Part shown: positions 58,961 to 64,000 of the stretch, in pieces
Layout of the letters: every line of letters begins with the position of its first letter
Numbering within the stretch: position 1 is the stretch's first letter
Origin: Porphyromonadaceae bacterium
GTDB lineage: Bacteria > Bacteroidota > Bacteroidia > Bacteroidales > UBA12481
Length of the DNA: 64,000 nucleotides
Reading direction: 5' to 3'
Assembly (NCBI GenBank): GCA_007280905.1
Contig: QYQM01000061.1
Coordinates: forward strand, 15,952-79,951
Translations under genes and position numbers: made by a program
The notes under the pieces: model-generated
Database searches by the model: none
Told to the model about the DNA's origin: nothing
What the model saw: only the letters and a program-made list of their open reading frames with translations

Positions 58961-59230
58961 ATGAGCCGATCATTAAAAAAAGGTCCTTTTATCGAATTTA
59001 GCCTGGAAAAGAAAATTCTGGCCTTAAATGCAGCCGCAAAAAAATCGGTTGTTAAAACATGGGCAAGAAGAAGTATCATCTCACCTGATTTTGTTGGACA
59101 TACTGTTGCCGTTCATAATGGGAATAAGTTTATTCCGGTTTACATCACAGAAAATATGGTAGGGCATAAACTGGGAGAATTCGCACCAACACGAATTTTC
59201 AGAGGACATGCCGGAAACCGGAAGAGATAG
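58961..59230 (+). CDS. rpsS: 30S ribosomal protein S19
   Basis: [23 protein letters not shown]. Confidence 0.99.
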   Translation: MSRSLKKGPFIEFSLEKKILALNAAAKKSVVKTWARRSIISPDFVGHTVAVHNGNKFIPVYITENMVGHKLGEFAPTRIFRGHAGNRKR

Positions 59231-59269
59231 TAGAATATTGCATTAGCGAGAAGATAAAAACTCAGAAAA

Positions 59270-59686
59270 ATGGGATCCAGAAAGCAAGCAGCAGCAAATC
59301 GGACTAAAGAAGAGCGGAAATCATTATTTCTGGCTGCTTTGAATAACAATCCGACCTCCCCACGCAAAATGAGGTTGGTTGCCGATATGATCCGGGGGAT
59401 GGAAGTAAAACGGGCATTGGATGTATTGCGATATAACCCGAAAGAAGCCTCCCGGAAATTAGAAAAACTCCTGATGTCAGCCATATCAAACTGGCAGGCA
59501 AAAAATGACGGGGTTCGGATTGAAGATAGTCATTTATATGTTAAACAAGTATTTGTGGACTCGGCACGAATCCTGAAAAGATTGCGCCCTGCACCACAGG
59601 GTCGCGGGCACAGGATCAAGAAACGTTCCAACCACGTGACAATTTATCTGGACAGTCATAAACAAGTCGAAAAAACGGACGCATAA
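59270..59686 (+). CDS. rplV: 50S ribosomal protein L22
   Basis: [25 protein letters not shown]. Confidence 0.97.
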   Translation: MGSRKQAAANRTKEERKSLFLAALNNNPTSPRKMRLVADMIRGMEVKRALDVLRYNPKEASRKLEKLLMSAISNWQAKNDGVRIEDSHLYVKQVFVDSARILKRLRPAPQGRGHRIKKRSNHVTIYLDSHKQVEKTDA

Positions 59687-60379
59687 ATGGGACAAAAAGT
59701 AAACCCTATTAGCAATCGCCTGGGCATTATAAAAGGTTGGGATTCCAATTGGTACGGAGGCAATGACTTTTCGGAAAAACTGGTTGAGGATTATAAAATC
59801 CGTGAATATCTGAACGCTCGTCTGGCCAAAGCCAGCGTGTCTAAAATCGTGATTGAGCGTACCTTAAAGCTTATTACCATTACGGTAAATACTGCCCGAC
59901 CGGGTATTATTATCGGTAAAGGAGGCCAGGAGGTTGATAAGCTGAAGGAAGAGCTAAAAAAAATTACCAATAAAGAGGTCCAGATCAATATTTTTGAGAT
60001 CAAAAGACCTGAAATGGATGCAGTGATTGTAGCTGCTAACGTTGCCCGTCAGCTTGAAGGTAAGATTGCTTACCGCCGGGCTATCAAGATGGCAATTGCT
60101 TCTACCATCCGAATGGGTGCAGAAGGGATAAAAATTCAAATCTCAGGCAGATTGAATGGCGCAGAAATGGCTCGTTCAGAAACCTATAAAGAGGGAAGAA
60201 TTCCATTGCATACCCTTCGCGCTGATATCGATTATGCATTGGCGGAAGCCCATACTAAAATTGGTACTACCGGGATAAAAGTATGGATTTGCAAAGGTGA
60301 AATCTTTGGCAAACGCGATTTATCGCCAAATATCGGTGCAAAAGCTCCGAGAAAAGGGTTTAAGAAAAGAAGAGGTTAA
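59687..60379 (+). CDS. rpsC: 30S ribosomal protein S3
   Basis: [31 protein letters not shown]. Confidence 0.99.
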   Translation: MGQKVNPISNRLGIIKGWDSNWYGGNDFSEKLVEDYKIREYLNARLAKASVSKIVIERTLKLITITVNTARPGIIIGKGGQEVDKLKEELKKITNKEVQINIFEIKRPEMDAVIVAANVARQLEGKIAYRRAIKMAIASTIRMGAEGIKIQISGRLNGAEMARSETYKEGRIPLHTLRADIDYALAEAHTKIGTTGIKVWICKGEIFGKRDLSPNIGAKAPRKGFKKRRG

Positions 60380-60405
60380 TATCGTCTGAATAATCACAGA
60401 TTGTC

Positions 60406-60840
60406 ATGTTACAACCGAAAAAGACTAAGTACAGAAAGCAACAGAAGGGGAAGATGAAGGGTAACTCCCAGCGGGGTAACCAACTAGCCTTTGGATCATT
60501 TGGAATCAAAGCTTTGGAAACATGCTGGATGACCGGACGTCAACTTGAAGCAGCCCGTGTTGCCGTGACTCGTCATATGCAGCGCCAGGGACAGATTTGG
60601 ATAAGGGTTTTTCCTGATAAACCGATAACAAAGAAACCGGCTGAAGTACGTATGGGTAAAGGTAAAGGTGCTCCGGAAGGTTTTGTTGCCAGGGTTACCC
60701 CAGGCAGAATTCTATTCGAAGCCGAGGGTGTTTCACTGGAACTCGCTAAGGAAGCATTGCGGCTTGCCGCTCAAAAACTGCCGGTGAAAACTAAGTTTAT
60801 TATCAGGCGTGATTTTGTTGAAGACTCAAATTCTGAATAA
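60406..60840 (+). CDS. rplP: 50S ribosomal protein L16
   Basis: MLQPK.TKYRK, RMGKGKG. Confidence 0.99.
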   Translation: MLQPKKTKYRKQQKGKMKGNSQRGNQLAFGSFGIKALETCWMTGRQLEAARVAVTRHMQRQGQIWIRVFPDKPITKKPAEVRMGKGKGAPEGFVARVTPGRILFEAEGVSLELAKEALRLAAQKLPVKTKFIIRRDFVEDSNSE

Positions 60841-61049
60841 TGAAAAACGTAGAGATTCGCGAACTGACGGCTAAGGAACTGACCGAAAGGATCGATACCG
60901 AAAAAGGTAATTTGGTTCGGATGCAGATAAACCATACGATTTCTCCGCTTGACCACCCCCATCATATCCGCGAGACCAGACGAATGGTCGCACAGCTGAG
61001 GACCGAATTGCGCAAGCGGCAAGTAATTAAAAACAAGAAAAGCCAATAA
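60840..61049 (+). CDS. rpmC: 50S ribosomal protein L29
   Basis: EIRELT..EL, IR..RR.VA.L.TEL; operon position. Confidence 0.93.
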   Translation: MKNVEIRELTAKELTERIDTEKGNLVRMQINHTISPLDHPHHIRETRRMVAQLRTELRKRQVIKNKKSQ

Positions 61050-61052
61050 TCT

Positions 61053-61313
61053 ATGGAAGGTAACAGAAACTTGCGTAAGGAACGTACCGGTGCAGTCGTC
61101 AGCAATAAGATGAAAAAAACTATTGTTGTTGCGGTTAAAAGAAAAGTTAAACATCCTATATACGGGAAGTTTGTTAACAAGACTACCAAATTCGTTGCTC
61201 ATGACGAAGAGAACACCTGTAAAGAAGGAGATCTCGTCCGGATCATGGAAACCCGGCCTCTGAGCAAACGGAAAAATTGGAGATTAGTGGAAATTATAGA
61301 AAGAGCCAAGTAA
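61053..61313 (+). CDS. rpsQ: 30S ribosomal protein S17
   Basis: VVSNKM.KT, HPIYGK, ETRPLSK. Confidence 0.98.
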   Translation: MEGNRNLRKERTGAVVSNKMKKTIVVAVKRKVKHPIYGKFVNKTTKFVAHDEENTCKEGDLVRIMETRPLSKRKNWRLVEIIERAK

Positions 61314-61315
61314 CC

Positions 61316-61681
61316 ATGATACAGCAAGAGAGTAGAATGACCGTTGCCGATAACAGCGGTGCCAAAGAAGTTTTATGCATCCGGGTTTTAGGCGGGACAG
61401 GCAAAAAATACGCCACTGTTGGCGATAAAGTGGTTGTTACTGTAAAATCTGCTTTACCTGGTGGAGAACTAAAAAAAGGTACTGTTTCTAAAGCGGTAAT
61501 TGTTCGTACAACCAAGGAAATAAGGAGAAACGACGGATCCTATATCCGTTTTGACGATAACGCATGCGTTCTTTTGAATCCTACCGGAGAAATCCGCGGA
61601 ACACGTATTTTCGGACCGGTAGCGAGAGAACTTCGCGAAAATTACATGAAGATCGTTTCACTGGCCCCTGAAGTGTTATAA
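61316..61681 (+). CDS. rplN: 50S ribosomal protein L14
   Basis: MIQQES..VADNSGA, IRFDDNA, SLAPEVL; start at 61316. Confidence 0.98.
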   Translation: MIQQESRMTVADNSGAKEVLCIRVLGGTGKKYATVGDKVVVTVKSALPGGELKKGTVSKAVIVRTTKEIRRNDGSYIRFDDNACVLLNPTGEIRGTRIFGPVARELRENYMKIVSLAPEVL

Positions 61682-61697
61682 TCAAAAAGCACAGACC

Positions 61698-62021
61698 ATG
61701 CAGAAAAAAATGAATATTAAAAAAGGAGATACCGTTATTGTGATTGCAGGTAACTCTAAAGGTCAACAGGGCCGTGTGCTGGAAATAATCCGGAAAAATG
61801 ACAGGGCTATAGTGGAAGGTGTGAATATGCTTTCCAAGCACACTAAAGCGGACAAAAACGCACCACAAGGTGGTATCATCAAAAGAGAAGGTCCAATACA
61901 TGTATCAAACTTGATGCTGCTGGATCCTACTACCGGAAAACCGACTCGTATCGGACGCCGTCTTGATGATAATGGTAAATTGGTACGTTATGCCAAAAAA
62001 TCTGGAGAGGAGATCAAGTAA
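61698..62021 (+). CDS. rplX: 50S ribosomal protein L24
   Basis: IKKGDTV.VIAG, VEGVN, IHVSN. Confidence 0.98.
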   Translation: MQKKMNIKKGDTVIVIAGNSKGQQGRVLEIIRKNDRAIVEGVNMLSKHTKADKNAPQGGIIKREGPIHVSNLMLLDPTTGKPTRIGRRLDDNGKLVRYAKKSGEEIK

Positions 62022-62578
62022 TGAAATACACACCAAGCCTGAAGGTAAAATACCAGGAAGAAATTATTCCTGCCCTGACAAAAGAGTTTGATTATAAAAC
62101 TGTTATGCAAGTACCGCGTTTGGAAAAAATCGTGGTGAACCGTGGAGTGGGAAAAGCTGTTGCTGATAAAAAGCTGATTGAAGTTGCTCAGGAAGAACTT
62201 ACTGCAATTACTGGTCAGAAGGCAGTGCAAACGCTCTCTAAAAGAGACATATCAAACTTTAAGCTCAGGCAGAAGATGCCGATCGGGGTAAAAGTAACCC
62301 TTCGACGTGAAAAAATGTACGAATTTCTGGAAAGACTTATAGCTGTAGCCCTTCCACGTATAAGAGACTTTAACGGTGTAGGCGCCAAATTTGATGGACG
62401 CGGCAATTATACGCTCGGAATTACTGAACAGATTATTTTCCCGGAAATTGAAATAGATAAAATACATTCAATGATCGGTATGGAAATCAGTTTTGTTACA
62501 ACCGCCAAAACCGATGAGGAAGGTCTTGCCCTGCTCAAAGAATTTGGAATACCTTTTAAATCAACTAATAAGAAATAG
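62021..62578 (+). CDS. rplE: 50S ribosomal protein L5
   Basis: ITGQK, LPRIRDF.G, FDGRGNY. Confidence 0.98.
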   Translation: MKYTPSLKVKYQEEIIPALTKEFDYKTVMQVPRLEKIVVNRGVGKAVADKKLIEVAQEELTAITGQKAVQTLSKRDISNFKLRQKMPIGVKVTLRREKMYEFLERLIAVALPRIRDFNGVGAKFDGRGNYTLGITEQIIFPEIEIDKIHSMIGMEISFVTTAKTDEEGLALLKEFGIPFKSTNKK

Positions 62579-62580
62579 GG

Positions 62581-62850
62581 ATGGCAAAAGAATCCATGAA
62601 GGCTCGCGAAGTTAAGCGGCAGAAAATGGTTGAGAAATATGCTGAAAAGCGTGCCAAACTTAAGGCCGAGGGTGATTTTATTGGCTTAAGTAAACTTCCA
62701 AAGAATTCTTCAAAAGTAAGATTGCATAACCGGTGTAAACTGACCGGTAGGCCAAAAGGATATATGCGTCAATTTGGGATTAGCCGTATTTCATTCCGTG
62801 AAATGGCTTCCAATGGGCTGATACCGGGTATTAAAAAAGCAAGTTGGTAA
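62581..62850 (+). CDS. rpsN: 30S ribosomal protein S14 (89-aa, non-zinc type)
   Basis: [24 protein letters not shown]. Confidence 0.98.
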   Translation: MAKESMKAREVKRQKMVEKYAEKRAKLKAEGDFIGLSKLPKNSSKVRLHNRCKLTGRPKGYMRQFGISRISFREMASNGLIPGIKKASW

Positions 62851-62868
62851 TTTAATTATTAGATAAAA

Positions 62869-63264
62869 ATGACTGATCCTATTGCAGATTACCTGACGCG
62901 TGTGCGTAATGCGATTATGGCCAAACATAAAGTGGTTGAGATCCCAGCTTCAAACCTGAAAAAAGAGATGACTAAAATCCTTTTTGAAAAAGGTTATATC
63001 CTCAGCTATAAATTCGAAGAGGATGATAAACAGGGAATTATTAAAATCGCTCTGAAATACCATCCGATTTCGAAGGTTTCGGCAATAAAAAGCCTGAAAC
63101 GTATAAGCAAACCAGGACTTCGCAAATATAGCGATGTCGACAATCTACCCAGGGTATTGAATGGTATGGGTATTGCCATACTATCTACCTCAAGGGGTTT
63201 GATGACGGAAAAAGAAGCCCGCAAGGAAAATGTTGGCGGTGAGGTTATTTGTTACGTTTATTAA
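62869..63264 (+). CDS. rpsH: 30S ribosomal protein S8
   Basis: [25 protein letters not shown]. Confidence 0.98.
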   Translation: MTDPIADYLTRVRNAIMAKHKVVEIPASNLKKEMTKILFEKGYILSYKFEEDDKQGIIKIALKYHPISKVSAIKSLKRISKPGLRKYSDVDNLPRVLNGMGIAILSTSRGLMTEKEARKENVGGEVICYVY

Positions 63265-63277
63265 AAAGCATTCCACG

Positions 63278-63832
63278 ATGTCACGAATTGGAAAATTACC
63301 CATAGCATTACCTTCAGGTGTAACTGTAAAGGTTCACGATGATAATCTGGTAGAAGTTGTCGGTCCGCTGGGTTCTTTAAAACAGCAGGTTGATCCGGAT
63401 ATCCAGGTCAAGGTTGAAAATGGAATTGTAAATGTGATCCGGCCTACTGAACAGAAAAGGCACCGTGCACTGCATGGCCTTTACAGATCTCTCATTCAGA
63501 ACATGGTTACCGGTGTATCAACAGGATATGAAATAAAGCAGGAACTGGTTGGCGTTGGATATAAAGCAACAGCCGAAGGTCAGATGCTTGAACTGCATCT
63601 TGGTTTTTCACATCCCTTTGTGATACAGTTACCTCCGGAAGTGAAGGTTGATGCTGTGACCGAACGACGCAGTAATCCAATCATTACACTTAAGAGTATT
63701 GATAAACAGCTGATTGGACAAATCGCTGCAAAAATTCGTTCCTTTAGGCCACCCGAACCATATAAAGGCAAAGGGGTAAAATTTGTAAACGAAATGCTTC
63801 GCAGGAAATCTGGTAAAACAGCTGGTAGCTGA
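63278..63832 (+). CDS. rplF: 50S ribosomal protein L6
   Basis: MSRIGKLP start at 63278, GVGY, RPPEPYKGKG. Confidence 0.98.
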   Translation: MSRIGKLPIALPSGVTVKVHDDNLVEVVGPLGSLKQQVDPDIQVKVENGIVNVIRPTEQKRHRALHGLYRSLIQNMVTGVSTGYEIKQELVGVGYKATAEGQMLELHLGFSHPFVIQLPPEVKVDAVTERRSNPIITLKSIDKQLIGQIAAKIRSFRPPEPYKGKGVKFVNEMLRRKSGKTAGS

Positions 63833-63876
63833 TGCTGGTTAATTATCGAAAAAATAAAAGATAAAATTTATAAGAA

Positions 63877-64000
63877 ATGGCTTTTTCAAAGCGTGAACGC
63901 AGACTGAAGATCAAGAACAGGATACGGAAGGATATGTCCGGTTCAACGGAAGTTCCCAGACTGTCCGTTTTTCGCAGCAATCGACAGATTTCTGTGCAGG
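63877..64000 (+). CDS. rplR: 50S ribosomal protein L18, truncated by window end
   Basis: Manual translation [18 protein letters not shown]...PRLSVFRSN. Confidence 0.93.
   Translation, partial: MAFSKRERRLKIKNRIRKDMSGSTEVPRLSVFRSNRQISVQ

Noticed and set aside
364-63771. Many 60-180 aa ORFs antisense to or nested in long genes
   Set aside because: Shadow frames of well-supported genes with no recognisable motifs

Overview
Housekeeping-rich chromosomal segment of a Bacteroidota (Bacteroidales/Marinilabiliales-like) bacterium, judged from TAnnTTTG promoters, T9SS PorV-family and gliding-motility CTD proteins, DUF4290/DUF4492 and a str operon without tuf. The first half carries a DUF1080/Gfo-Idh-MocA sugar-oxidation cluster divergent from a GH38 mannosidase, pirin with a Cys/Met PLP lyase, and an aromatic amino acid operon (pheA-aminotransferase-tyrA-DAHPS/CM-aroA-aroC, aroC frameshifted) behind a Phe/Tyr-rich leader peptide attenuator. 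It continues with a Png1-like transglutaminase lipoprotein holding an in-frame palindromic element, an operon for a tetraheme NapC/NirT-FGE fusion with two Tat-exported sugar enzymes, a decayed GH2 pseudogene, and cytochrome bd with a small extra subunit candidate. The second half has phospholipid genes, ftsH, rsfS, birA, pyrE, coaD, an ABC exporter, grpE-dnaJ, murA, uvrD/pcrA, EF-G2, a TPR-CHAT protease with a divergent partner, and the str-S10-spc ribosomal protein cluster running off the right end. Intergenic DNA contains a 176-bp inverted-repeat element and a family of degenerate 7-9-mer tandem repeats at gene 3' ends. No rRNA, tRNA, CRISPR array, transposase or integrase was seen. All calls come from motif recognition by eye; no database search was run.
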